Assembly: GCF_004010195.1 (NCBI RefSeq)
Contig: NC_057757.1
Span: 8,662,789 to 8,716,151, forward strand
DNA length: 53,363 nt
Reading direction: 5' to 3'
Source: Chiloscyllium plagiosum
Taxonomy: Eukaryota
The notes beneath the pieces are model-generated. The model was not told the DNA's origin and did not search any database. It worked only from the letters and a program-made list of their open reading frames with translations. The translations under genes and the position numbers were made by a program. Positions 23,175-36,172 of the stretch are shown piece after piece (within the stretch, counting starts at the first letter, position 1; each line of letters begins with the position of its first letter).

Positions 23175-26100
23175 GCATAGAGCCATAGAATCCTTTCCTG
23201 TCTGTCTATTTGCCCAAATCCCTGTTAAATGTTGTTTTTGTATATTCCGCAACCATTTCCAATGGCAGCTTATTCTATGTGTGTACCACCCTCTCTGTCA
23301 AAACATTGCTCCTCAGTTTCCCTTCATTCTTTCCCATCTAACCTTAAACTGAAGCCCATTAGTCCATGATTTCCCAAACCTGGAAAGAAAACTGAGTGCA
23401 TTCACTCTATCTATGCCTCCTTTGGCATACACTTCACAACACCCCTTCCTCAGTCTCCTACATTCAAAAGAATAGAGTCCTCGCTTGTCCAACCTCTCCC
23501 AATAATTCAGACCTTTCAGTCCTGGCAACATCCTTGTAAATTTCTTCTGCACTCTTTCCAGTTTAATAACATTCTTCCTACAACAAAGTGAATAAACGTG
23601 AACACAATACTTCAAATGTAGTCTCACGAACGTCCAAACTTGTGCAACATAACTTCCCAGCTTCTACACTCAATGCTCTGACAGATGAAGGCCAGTGTGA
23701 CAAAATCCTTCTGTACTGCCCTGTCAACTTGTGACTCCACTTTCAGAGAAAGGTGCATCTGAACCTCAAGGTCCCCCTGTCCCACTGTACTCCTTAAGAC
23801 CCACCCATGCATGTTGAAACTCCTGCCCTGATTTGACTTTCCAAAATGCAAGAACTCACATTTCTCTGTATTAATCTCCATTTGCCATTTCTTGGCCCAA
23901 TTCTCCAGCTGATCAAGGTCCTGCTACAATTTCTGATCGCCTTCCTCACTGTTCACGGTGCCCATCTGTTTGGTATCCTCTGCAAACCTACGAATCATGC
24001 CTTGTACACTCTCACCCAAGTCATTGATATAGATAACAAACTGATCATTGAGACACTCCAATAGGAGTAAGCTTCCAGTCCGACAAGCGTCCTTCCATTA
24101 TTACCATCTGCTTCCAACCATCAAGGGAATTGTACATCCAGCTCGCCCTGGTTTCCCTGTGATTTAAACTTCCACAGCAACCTACCACGTGGAACCTTAT
24201 TAAAGGCCGAACTGAAATCCATATAGACTACATCTACCAGGCTACCTTCATCAAACTTCCTTGTCATCAAAGAAGTCTAACAAGTTTGTTGAAGGCATGA
24301 TCTCCCATGCACAAAACCATGCTGATTGTTCCTATTCAAACTGTGTCTTTCCAAATGCATGTATATTTTATCTGTGAGAATCTTGCCAAGTCAATTACAA
24401 ACCACAGATGTTAGGCTTACTGGTCTCTACTTCCTGGGTTTTTCTTTGTATCCTTTCTTGCAGAATGATGCAAAATCCGTTCCCCTCCAGTCTTCTGGGA
24501 CCTCAGCCGTGGCTAACCCCGATGAAACATATCACCCTGGGCCAGCGTACCTTCTTGTCATAGAGTCAGAGTCATAGAGATGTACAGCACAGAAACAGAC
24601 CCTTCGGTCCAACTCGTCCATACTGACCAGCTATCCCAACCCAATCTAGTCACACCTGCCAGCACCTGGCCCAATATCCTACAAACACTTCCTGCTCATA
24701 TGCCCATCCAGATACCTTTTAAATGCAGAAATTATACTAGCCTCCACCACTTTCTCTGGCAGCTCAGTCCACACATGTATAACCCTCTGCATGAAAAGAT
24801 TGCCCCTTAAGTCTCTTTTATATCTTTCCCCTCGCACCCTAAACCTATGCCCTCTAGTTCTGGGCTCCAGGGAATATACTTTGTCTATTTGTCCTATCCA
24901 TGCCCATCATGATTGTATAAACCTTTATAAGGTCACCCCTCAGCCTCTGACGCTCCAGGGAAAACAGCTCTTGCTCATTTAACCTCTCCCTTTAACTCAG
25001 ATCCTCCAACCCTGGCAACATCCTTGTAGATCTTTTCTGAGCCCTTTCAAGTCTCACAGCATCCTTCTGATAGCAAGGCGACCAAAATTGCATGCAATAT
25101 TGCAACAGTGGCCTAACCAATGTCCTGTACAGCCGGAACATGACCTCCCAACTCCTGTATTCAATAGTCTGATCAATAAAGGAAACCTCCTTCACTCACC
25201 TATCTACTTGCGACTCCACTTTCAAGGAGTTATGAACCTGCACTCCAAGGTCTCTTTGTCTCGCCTCTTGCAGTGTTCTTGGATATATCCGCTCAGCGAC
25301 AGGAGAGTTATCCACCTTCATAAATTATAATACATCCAACACTCCCTCAACTGTGATATATGGACAGTCCCCAAGATATGACTATTAGCTTCCCCAAGTT
25401 CCCAAGTCTTCATTTCTTTCTCCATGGTAAACACAGAGGAAACATATTCATAGAGAGCATCGCCTATCCCCTCAGGTTCCGCACATGCAATGCACTTTGG
25501 TCCTTGAGGGGTCCTATTCTCTCTCCAGGTATTCTTTTTCCTTCAATGTACTTTTTAAAAATCTCTTTGGACACACCATAATCTTCTCACCCAAGGCTAA
25601 CTCATGGCTGTTTTTCGCCGTCGTGATTTCCTTCTTCAGTAAGCTTCTGTAACCCTTATATACCTCCAGGGATTTGATTGATCCCAACTGCCTGGACATG
25701 AGTCACATCACGTTTTACTGGTAAAAGCCTCAATATCTCTTGTTATCCAAGCTTCTGGATTCCTGCCAACATCCAGCTTCACCCTCTCAGGAACATATTG
25801 ACCTTGAACTCTAGCTATATCACTTTTAATGGTCCCCCACTTGCTGGTGTTGCCTTTGTCTGCAAAGGAAGTACTCCAACCAACACCTGCAAGCTCCTGT
25901 CTTATTCCATTAAAAAATGCCTTACTCCAATTTAGAATTTGAGCCTGTGGATCAGTTTTGTCGCTTTCCATAACTATTTTAAAATTAATATGGTCGTTGG
26001 TCCCAAAATGGTCCTCCACTGTCACCTCAGTAACCTGTCCTGCCGTATTTCCGGAGAGGAGGTTGAGTTTTGTCCCTTCCTGAGTACGACCCTCTATATA

Positions 26101-26410
26101 CTGCTTGAAGAAACTTTAAAACGCACGTAACAAATTCCTTCTGATCCCTTAACGCTGTTGCATTTCCAGTCTACAGTAGGAAAATTAACCTCCCTCCCAC
26201 CCACCCACCCCCATCACGACAACCTTATTGTTCCTGCAAATCTCCCCAGTCTCCCTGCATGTTTGTTCCGTTAATTCCCACTGACTATTTGGGGCCTATA
26301 GTACAACCTCAAGAATGTCACTATCCCCTTCTTACATCTTAGCTACACTCACAAAGCCTCCCTGGATGATCCCTCCATTATTTCATCTCTAACTACTGCT
26401 GTGATACTCC
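23175..26410 (-). mobile_element. Long decayed CR1 LINE (ORF2 from the endonuclease/linker region to the 3' end), split by a second CR1
   Basis: ORFs 23313-23627 and 23624-23881 (KCEFLHFGKSN..DLEVQMH) and 25708-26025 (EDHFGTNDHINFKIVME..NWSKA). Confidence 0.9.
24557..25260 (-). mobile_element. Nested younger CR1 3' fragment
   Basis: Tail repeat catagagtcagagtcatagag. ORF 24992-25195 reads LYRTLVRPLLQYCMQFWSP. Confidence 0.85.
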
Positions 26411-26899
26411 CCTTAATAACAAAAGTAAATCTCAGGGAATAATGCAGAATCTCAGCCAATGATGCACAACCTTTTCGAAGTCCATTTCAATGGGACAAAT
26501 AATACCATGGCATATTCACTGTCAAATGACAAACACAGTATTGGAAGCCTCTGGAGACTGTTCCTGTACTGTTGTAAGGGATGCATGCGATCAGTAGTTG
26601 CTACCTTCAATAATAGACACTGAGGCTCTGAAGGAAATGGAAAACACAAAGACAGACTCAATGCCCAGGTAAAGCAGCATTGCCTCCCAAACATTCCACA
26701 ATACACTTCTCACCTTGAAACCACGTACCAGTGTGCTGTGACACACCAGTTGAAAAGCACTGAGACCAATTACTCAGGAAGGTCAAAAGCATTGCATCTA
26801 CCCTCTCTGCTTCCTATTCCTTTGAAATCCTGGATATAAATCTTAAGATCCAAATGATTGACCCACTGTTGCACTGTTTAATTTAACCAGGGTGCTTTT

Positions 26900-28133
26900 A
26901 GAACACGGAACACGGAATACACAACATAGAACAATGAACAGAGAGCCATAGAGTCATAGGGATATACAGCACAGAAACAGACCCTTCGGTCCAACTTGTC
27001 CATGCCGGCCGGATATCCCAACTCGTCTCACTTATCAGAACCTGGTTCATATCCCTCCATAACCTTCCTATTCATAAATCTATCCAGGTGCCTTTTAAAT
27101 GTAGCAATTGTACCAGCTTCTACCACTTCCGCTGGCAACTCATTCCATACACGAACTACACTCTGCGTGAAAAAGTTATCCCTTATAAACCTCACCCTAA
27201 ACCTATGCCTCTCGAGTTCACGACTTTCCCACCTCAGGGAAAACACTTTGACTATTTATCCTATACAGGCCTTCTTATAAGATTTTATCAGAAAATATTC
27301 TATAAGGTCACCCCTAAACCTCCGACGCTACAGGAAAACAGACCCAGACTATTCAACCTCTCCCTATGGCTCAAATTCTCCAATCCTGGCAACATCCTTG
27401 TAAATCTTTTCCAACATTTTTCCTATAGGAAGGAGACCAGAATTGCATACAGTATTCCAAAAGTGCCTGGAACAATATCCTGTGCAGCCGCAACATGACC
27501 TCCTAACTCCAGTACTCAATGCTCGAACCAATAAAGGAAGCATACCAAAGCCCTTCTTCACTATCCAATCTACCTGCAAATCTACCTTCAAGGAACTATG
27601 AAGCTGCATTCCGAGGCGTCTTTGTTCAGCAACACTCCCTGGGACCTTGCCATTAATTCCTAGAAGCATTGCATTCCAACAAACAATTATCAACATACAC
27701 ATTGCCTTGGATCCCATTTACTACCCCTGAGAAAATGAACAGGAAATGCTATCACCATAGGAAATGACATCACCACAGGAAATGACATCACCAGCCCAAG
27801 GCAACCCAAATATATAAATAGAAAGCAGGAAACATCAGCAGTGCTTCATCCGGACGCTCACTGAAGATGGTACCTAGCATGGTGATGAAACGTCTGAAAA
27901 TGAACCTTCCAGTTCAGCGAGCAAACCTACATCCAGAACCTCAACCTGAGCTACAAATCTTCTCAAATCTTGCTACCTTACCATTAATTGTGTAAGTCCT
28001 GCTAGGATTTGCTTTCCAAAAATGTTCCTCTTCACATTTATCTAAATTAAATACCATCTGCCACTCCTCAGCACATTGGCCCATCCGATCAAGCCTCCAT
28101 TGTAATTTCAGGTAATCTTTTCTGCTGTCCACT
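26900..28133 (-). mobile_element. CR1 3' fragment containing a Penelope insertion
   Basis: ORFs 27028-27246 (NFFTQSVVRVWNELP), 27364-27717 and 27941-28132 (WQMVFNLDKC). Confidence 0.9.
27659..27974 (+). mobile_element. Penelope/Poseidon-type 3' end from a second PLE family, with a hammerhead at 27858-27897
   Basis: 15-bp TSD acctt[g/a]ccattaatt at 27644-27658 and 27975-27989. Begins LEALHSN..(frameshift)INIHIALDPIY. Contains tca-CTGAAGA-tggtacc-tagca-tggtgat-GAAA-CGTC-tga. Confidence 0.8.
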
Positions 28134-28246
28134 TAAATGTCACTGACTCCATTATCACCATTGACAGTGCATCTATGCACCCACCACTACCTGCTTAAAG
28201 AAACAACTTCTGAGATCTCCCTTATACCTTCTTCCACTCACCTCAT

Positions 28247-28670
28247 AAGACCATAAGACCATAAGACATAGGAGTGGAAGTAAGGCCATTCGGCCCATCG
28301 AGTCCACTCCGCCATTCAATCATGGCTGATGCGCATTTCAGCTCCACTTACCAGCGTTCCCCCCGTAGCCCTTAATTCCTCTAGACAACAAGAATCTATC
28401 AATCTCAGCCTTGAAGACATTTAGCGTCCCGGCTTCCACTGCACCCNNNNNNNNNNNNNNNNNNNNATAGCCGCCTTCCTGACTTATATACTCACTTTTC
28501 CTTCCCGGCTGCCCCTCTGCTTGCCGTCACTTCCTCTTCTGCTCCCGCTCTTTCTGTGGAGAGAGAGTAAAAAAAACACACCGCTGCCCGCTACAGGTAA
28601 GCAATTTTAAAACAAACTGTCTTACCTTTGCTGTAGTCTCCCGGGTTCTCTTTTACTTCGACGCTGCTCC
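28247..28670 (-). mobile_element. Ends of a probably full-length young CR1 spanning an assembly gap
   Basis: 3' tail (cataagac)n on the left, GC/CpG-rich 5'-UTR-like sequence on the right, and 8-bp TSD cacctcat at 28239-28246 and 28671-28678. Confidence 0.65.
28447..28466. other. Assembly gap (20 N)
   Basis: Run of n. Confidence 1.
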
Positions 28671-28969
28671 CACCTCATTTTCTTTATGAGAGTTAATTCA
28701 CTAAATCTGTAAACTGCGTGCCTTGAAGCCCCATTATTTCAATCAGTATGCATGCTTTGGCACATAAAACAGGCAGAAGAACGTTTTTAAGCATCTCTGG
28801 TTTTTCCTGACTCTTGCTCTGAGATGTATGTGTTCCATCTTGTGCCACTGTTCTGTTTTACATGCTTATGAATATTTCAACATTTGTTTATCTGTAAGAG
28901 AGAAAACGTTTCCTCATCTCTGTTGCAATGGCCACCCCGTATTTTTAAATTATAGGTTTGTTAAACATT

Positions 28970-29445
28970 AAACGATGCATCTGGTAGATGGTACACACAG
29001 TCGACGTTGGAGTGTATGGGTGGGTGTGGATGTGGTGCCAATCAAGCGAGCTGCTTTTTCCCTGGATGGTGTTAAGCTTCCCTGAATGTTGTTGGAGCTG
29101 CAATTGTCCAGGCAAGTGGGAGTATTCCATCACATTCCTGACTTTTACTTTGCAGATGTGTGACCGTATTTGGCAAGTCAGGAGGTGAGTTATTTGCTGC
29201 AGTATTCCAAGCTTCTGACCTGCACTTGGCAGTCTGTTTGCCCAGAGTACATGGACTGCAGTGATTCAAGAATGCAGCTCACCACCACCTTCTCGTGGAT
29301 AATTAGTGATAGGAAATAAATTATGAAACACCCAGACAGACACACATCCCATGATGAAAAAAGTCATTCAATTTATGTGGCTAGTTTTGTTCAGTTCGAA
29401 TCAGGGAATCCAAGAGGAGGCTAGTGAGGAAATCAGTGATTGTAG
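28970..29445 (-). mobile_element. L2/CR1-clade LINE fragment with a nested opposite-strand LINE tail
   Basis: ORF 28945-29133 (MEYS..KLNTIQGK). A + strand tail ggactgcagtgattcaagaatgcagctcaccaccaccttctc is inserted at about 29235-29362. Confidence 0.65.
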
Positions 29446-32400
29446 TGTTATGAAGATGTGAACGTACAGTTCAGAGAGTAAAGGACTTGGAAAGTGCACC
29501 AAGTGCTGCAGAATCTACAAATTAATATTTGATTAAGAACAAACATCACTCACTCAATTGCAATGAGACAAAAAACGCAAAATCAGTTTAAATTATACCC
29601 CAAGAAATATCAAACTCCAATTCAATTTGCCTCGAGTATAATGGCAATCTTAAAAGGCAATAATGGAATCCGATGCTTTGGGGTATATGTCTGGGGAAAA
29701 TTGAACAGTTGAGAGGAGAACTGACAGAAGCTTGGAATACTGCAGCAGACTGCTGAAAAAAATAGCTCTCTGAAAAGAACTTTTTTGTTGAGTGACCTGC
29801 GACGCACAAATTCCTAAGAAGAAAAGAAGACACAGAATGATCTAAATGATGCACGAAAGCTGCCTGGTTTTGTGGTAATAAGTATGATTTTGTAAATCTT
29901 AACTGGGAGTTCTATCGAACTTGTACTATAGAAGGCAAGCTAAAAGATAGGTTAGATTCAGAAGTTGTAAATAATGGTTAGTTAATTATTCTCTGTTATT
30001 CTTTAAGAAATAAAGTTGTTGATTTTTACTTTCAAAAGTTCTTGGCCACTTGGATTTTTTACAGATTACCGCAAGGGATATTTTTTTCTGTGTTGCTGGT
30101 GTTAAATTGAGCAGGAGCGTTTACCCCGTGTTGTAAAAGTTTGGGCTCTTGCTTGTGATTTGAGCTGGTTTTGACAGATTTGAATACATTTGTTGTTACC
30201 AATAGATTTAAATCCCTGCAGGTTAGTGTCCTAGATCTTTAAATAAAATGTAGGTGAGACAATTTGTTAAATTTCGGTGACTTGTGCTTGATTCAAGTAA
30301 AAGTGAAAGAAATGGCTCTTAAAATTGCTTAAGAGGTTTGGTGATTTGAAGATGATTCTCAGATTTGCCAAGAAAGTTTGGAAGGAAAGAACATGCTCAT
30401 ACTTTTAGAATTAGCAAAGAAGTTAGATTTGGGCAAAAGTAAAGCTAAAATTGTAAGGGGATTACTCAAACACGGGTGTGTTAGAGAAACAGACAACTGC
30501 AGGAAAGGTAGAAAAAGCGTAAGTTATAACTGAGGAAAATGGAGCGAGAAGATAAACAGAGAGACAGAGGAAAAACAGAGGGAGAGAAAAGGAGAAATGC
30601 AGAGAGAAGGAAGTGAAAAAGAGGAAAAAGAGAGAGAGAGAAGGTTATTGGCTGAGCAAACAGAGAGAGAAAAGAAAGGGAGGGAGTAAGAGAGTAAATT
30701 TAAACTTGAGAAGTTGTGACTTCGTCAGCAGTCAATTTAACAGAATGCAGATTTAAGGAGAAGGTCGTGGTAAATATAAATATGTCAAAACACTGCCACA
30801 TTTTGATGAGAAAGATGTTGAAATTTTCTTTACTTCAATCAAAATATTAGCTGGGCAGATGGAGTGGTTTGAGGATTTATGGGTACTGATAGTTCAGACG
30901 AAACTGGTATTTGCTGCGTTGTCAGATGAGGGGTCAAGGGATTATGAAGAGGTTAAACAGACTATTTGAAGTGCTTATGAACTGGTACCAGAAGCATATA
31001 GACAGCAGTTTAGAAACACAAGGAAGGAGCCAGGTCAGACTTATGTTGAGTTTGAAAGTGTTAAACATAGTCGTCTTGATTGATGAGTGCGTGATTTGAA
31101 ATTAGATAGGACATTTGAGGCTCTGAGAGATTACTCTGCTGGAGGAGTTTACAAACTCACTTCCAGAGATGGTAAGAATTCACATGGAGGGGCAGAAAGT
31201 TCAGGAAGTGAGATGGGCAGCAGAATTAGCAAATGAGAACATGTTGGTACATAAGGCAAGTTTCCAGCCAGCATTTCATCCTGTAAGGGATAGAAATTGG
31301 GAAAATGGGGGATCCTACACTATGAAACCAAGAGCAGAGTGTACTGGTAAGATTTTACCACTGGTTAAGAAGTCAAAGAGGGTGGACAGGAGGTGAAAGA
31401 TCTCAGGTGTTTTCACTGTAAGAGTGCACAGCCTAGGCAGGGACTGGGTATGGAGTTAGTACCTGATCTGTACAAAGAATTTGCCTTGGTGGGTAATGCT
31501 TACGCAGCAACTACAGGGGGAGAAGGACAAGAAGTTATAATTTTGAGTGACACAGGGTCTAACCAGTCACTCATAGGAAGGAATGAGCGAATATGCACTT
31601 TTCTGATCTGTTAGCTGAGAGTGTGGTAATTTGTTGGATAGATTGTCAGAAATTTAGCACTCCCCTGTGTACAATTAGCTTGGAGTGCCAACTTAAGACT
31701 GGATAAGTTACAGTGGGAGTGATTGACAATGTGTCAGTTCCAGGAATTCAGTTTGTTCTTGGGAATGGTTTGGCAGGATCCAAAATGACACCCCTTGTTG
31801 TGGACATGCCCAAGGAAGACCAAGAAACTGAGGAATTAAAACAGAAACATTCTGGTATTTTCCCAGATTGTGTGGCAACCAGGTCCCACTGTCATAAGTC
31901 ACAGCACGAAGCAAAAAGTAAAGAGAAAGATGAACGAGTTGAGGTTCAGTAAACGGATATCCTGTTTGACATGGTGCAAGAAAAGCCTGAACAGCCTGAA
32001 CAGACAGAAAGTCAGACAAAGGTGTTTAGTCCTGAAATGTGCGTACTCTGAAAAGGAGGCAGGGAACATTCTGTAGGTTTATTTTCTGAAAGATAGAAAT
32101 GGATGCCACGGCAAGTGACTACAGAGGAGAAATGTGCCAAAGTGCACCAGATTGTGTTGCCAGCAGCATACAGACAGGAAGAGCCCTGGAGAGCACATGA
32201 ACTACCTGTAGGAGGTCTGTTAGGGTTACGAAAGACTCGGGCTAAGTTAAAAAAATCTTTTATTGACCTGTATTGCACAAGGATGTTGTTAACTTTTACC
32301 ATACGTGTTATACATGCCAAATGGTAGATAAGCCACAGGCAATAATAAAACCAGCACCTTTGTTGCCAGTTCCTGCATTTGAAGAACCTTTCATGTGGGA

Positions 32401-35400
32401 TATAATTGATTGTGTAGGCTCCCTCCCGAGAACTAAAAGTGGGAACCAATACTTGTTAACCATAATGGATTTGTCTTCCAAAATTCCAGAGGCAATTCTA
32501 TTATGGAGTATCGAGGCAAAAAAAAGGTAGTAGAGGAGTTAGTAGCTTTCTTCCCACAGTATGGGGTACCCAGAGAGATTCAGTCGGGGTAAAATTTCAC
32601 TTCTAGTCTGTTGAGGAGATTATGGATAGCTTAGATATCCAGCACTTTAAATCCAGTGTGAATCATCCTGGATCCCAATAGCCTAGAAAAGGTGGCATCA
32701 GATCCTGAAGACCATGTTAAGAGCGTACTGTCAGGACTACCCAGATTATTTGGATAAAGCTATCCCATTCGTATTGTTTGCCATTAGAAATCCCCCAAAC
32801 TGATCTGCTCAGTTTACTCCCTTTGAGTTAATATTCGCACATGAAGTGAGAGGCCCTTTGAAGTTAATTAAAGAAAAATCGACAGGACCAAAGTCAGAGA
32901 TCTCACACTTACATTATGTATCAGAGATGGAGGAGAGACTAAATAGAGTAAATGGATTAGCTAAACGGCACCGAGAAAGGGCATAGTATAGAATGAAGTA
33001 GGTGGCAGGTAAAAGCTCTAGGACTTGGATGTTTTCCCGAGGGAAAAATTGCTTATCACTAGTTACCTGTGATAAGAAATCCATTTTAATCCAGGTTTAG
33101 TGCTCCTTATCAAATTGAGAAATATTTGAGTCAGATGAACTATTTAGTAAAGATGCCAGATAGGACAAAATGATATTGGGCATGGCATGTGAACATGTTG
33201 AAACTGTATTACGCTGGAGAGAAAGAACTGGAGAAACAGGTGTCAGTTACTGCCCCGCAGAGTGAGTAATCAAATCCAGATGATATGGATTTTGAGATGT
33301 CTCAAAGTAGATTAAAAAAATGAAGAAACAGATGGGGAGGACTAATGTCATTGTACATGAGGTAGACGGAGGGAATACTGCACTGAAAAAACAACATTCC
33401 TCTTGGCTTAATCCTTTCAAAGCCAGACAGGTTCAGATGGATGTGGAGATCATGCTCAATGAGGACATCATCGAACCAAGCCAGCTAGAGTGGAGTTCGC
33501 CGATCATCTTTGTCACCAAACTGGATGGGACCCACCAATTCCGCATTGATCATCGGAAAGTCCACACCGTTACAAAATTGGACTCATATACACTTCTTGG
33601 ATTGGAGAACTGTATTGAGAAATTCAGACAAGTCAGTTACATCACCAAGTTGAACTTAATGCGTGGTTACTGGCAACTACTTTTATCAGAGCAGGTGAAA
33701 TGAATTTCTCCATTTGTAACCCCAAATGGGCTATATCAATTTAATGTGATGCCCTTTGGAATGAAGAACGTGCCCATCACATTCCAAGGACTCATGAACA
33801 GAGTCGTGTCTGGGTTAACAAACTATGAAGTCTATTTGGTCAATGTAGTGATCTTTACTAAGTCCTAGAAAGATCACATGGTGCAGTTGGCAATGCTCTT
33901 TGGACAACTATGAGGAACACAACTGGTGATAAACCTAAAGAAAATGGAATTCACAGAAGCAGAGGTGACATTAGTGGGACATAACATCGACCATGAAAGG
34001 CTGATTGCACAGAATTCAAAGACAAAGGCCATCGAGGAATTTCCAAGGCCAAACTTGAAGAAAGAGGTGGTTCAATTCTTCGGACTCAGCAGATTCTATC
34101 AGTAGTTTGTTCTAAACTTCTGCAGTGTAGTGGTGCCATTAACCGATTTCCTGAAGAAGAACACAAAATTTCGATGAACAGAACCATGCCACGAGGCATT
34201 CGACCATTTGAAATCGACATCAACCACCAAACCAGTTTTAGCTTCACCAAACTTTTCAAAACCTTTTAACGTCACAATCAATGCTAGTGACATTGGCGTT
34301 GGAGCTGTACTCCTGCAGGAAGACGAGGATGGGAATTAACTGCGAGTTGGTTACTTTTGGTTACAAGAAGATCAACATCCACGAGGGGAAATACTCCACA
34401 ACCAAAAAGGAGCTATTGGGTTTGTTGCTGGCCTTACAGCATTTTAATGTACAATGCATTGGAGACAGTTGAGTACAATGACCACAATCAGCTTACATTC
34501 TTAGAACGTTTTAAACATAAGAAAATGAGACTATTTCATTGGAGTCTTATGTTACAGACTTTTAATTTAAAAATTATACATGTGGGTTGGAAGAATACAA
34601 TCGCAGACGCGTTATAGCAGATTTAACTGATAGAGTTCAGATGAGCTTTGTCTTTTTTAATGTTATACATTTACAGGTATATGGGAAAAAGTCAAGGTGA
34701 ACTTATATTAAAGTTATCTGTATGTTGGGTAAATGTCTTATAAAAGTAGAGAAAGAAAGAAGCCATCTTTTCATTATGGTGGTTCAGTTATTTTCTGAAG
34801 AGGGAAGGTGTCATGAAGATGTGAGCCTACTTTTAAGAGAGTGAAGGACTTGGCAAGTGCACCAAGAGCTGGAGAATTTACAAAATAATATTTGATTAAG
34901 AACAAACAGCACTCACTGAGTTGTGATGTGACAAAAACACAAATTCAAATTCAGCCAATCAATTTAAGTTATACACCGAAATACATCAAATTTCAATCCA
35001 ATTTCAATTGATTATCTTGACAACCTTTAAAGCCAATTACGCAATGCGATGCTTCGGGTGGTATAAGACTGGGGAAACTTGAACAGTTGAGAGAACTGTC
35101 AAGCCCAGCATGTAAACAGACTGCTTGAAAAAGTAGCTCTCTTAAAAGTACCTTATCGATCAGTGACCTGTGACGCAGAAATTCCAAAGAAGAAGAAAAT
35201 AAGACACAAGAAGATGCAAATAGAAGCATGAAAGCTGCCTGGATTTGAGATAAGAAGTGTCATTTTGTAAATCTCAATTGGGATTTTTATCGATGGAAAT
35301 GTGTTGCTGGAAAAGCGCAGCAGGTCAAGCAGCATCTAGGGAACAGGAGAATCGACTTTTCGGGCATTAGCCCTTCTTCAGGAATAATGCCCGAAACGTC

Positions 35401-35739
35401 GATTCTCCTGTTCCCTAGATGCTGCCTGACCTGCTGCGCTTTTCCAGCAACACATTTCCATCTCTGATCTCCAGCATCTGCAGACCTCACTTTCTCCTCT
35501 GGGATTTTTATTGGGCTAGTATTAAGGGGGGGAAGGTAAAAGATAGGTTCAAGGAAGAAATTGTGAATAGTGGTTAGTTATTTATTCACTGCTATACTTT
35601 AAGAAATAAAGTTGTTAATTTTTACTTTAAATAGTTCAAAGTTTGTGAGAAGTTTGTGAAATAGTCCTTGGCCGCTCAGATTTTTACACAGTACTGCTGG
35701 TTTTAAAGTAAGCAGGAGGGTTTACCCCATGTCAGAACA
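29446..35739 (+). mobile_element. Decayed full-length Gypsy LTR retrotransposon A, Gmr1-type (gag-PR-INT-RT-RH)
   Basis: LTRs 29446-30138 and 34809-35739, TSD GTAG (29442-29445, 35740-35743), PPT gaagagggaagg. Protease ILSDTGS near 31540; integrase HELP/CYTC/IDCVGSLP..YLLTIMD at about 32190-32800; RT WSSPI..RGYWQ..MPFGMKN at about 33490-33790; RNase H at about 34280-34615. Many stops and frameshifts. Confidence 0.95.
35291..35499. mobile_element. Palindromic Penelope pLTR inserted in the 3' LTR of Gypsy A
   Basis: 12-bp TSD tgggatttttat at 35279-35290 and 35500-35511. Arms 35292-35369 / 35385-35462. Absent from the 5' LTR. Confidence 0.9.
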
Positions 35740-35759
35740 GTAGCCTCGTTGAATATGCC

Positions 35760-36172
35760 TATTGAATCATGGCAATACTGCATCAGTCAAAATGCTACTA
35801 ATGACAATTCCCCCATTATAACTTTGTTTCAAAATTTGGTCTTATTTCCCACAATTGATTGTTTAAGAAGATACCTTTGCAAGAATTGTCAAACATGGAT
35901 TATTCTGTTCATATGCAAACTTGGATAAATTCTTGGGGTTGATGAGCAGGGATAGGGTTAGCTGGTCAGGACATGCACTCTTCATGCACAAATTCCTCTA
36001 ACAATACTTGTTGATTTTGTTACTTATGGTGGTGGTTGCAATTAGGCTCAAGTAACTTCGGAATTTATTTTCTGATCTGTGAAATTCTCTTTCGTATAAA
36101 TAATGGAAGTTTTCTCAAACTCCCAAATAAAGATCCAGGTAATCCTCGAACAGAATCATTCAAATAACTATT
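35760..36172 (+). promoter_or_regulatory. Conserved upstream region of gene 3 with TATAAATA at 36095
   Basis: Colinear with 52580-52982 (ccacaattgat; ctggtca..ttcatg.acaaatt.ctct; tttctgatctg..tataaataa). Confidence 0.65.

Noticed and set aside
36103..36105. ATG directly after TATAAATA as the gene 3 start (aligns with AGG at 52913)
   Set aside because: It would lie upstream of the expected TSS and is out of frame with the YYP exon. The ATT 36173 / ATG 52983 pair fits better.
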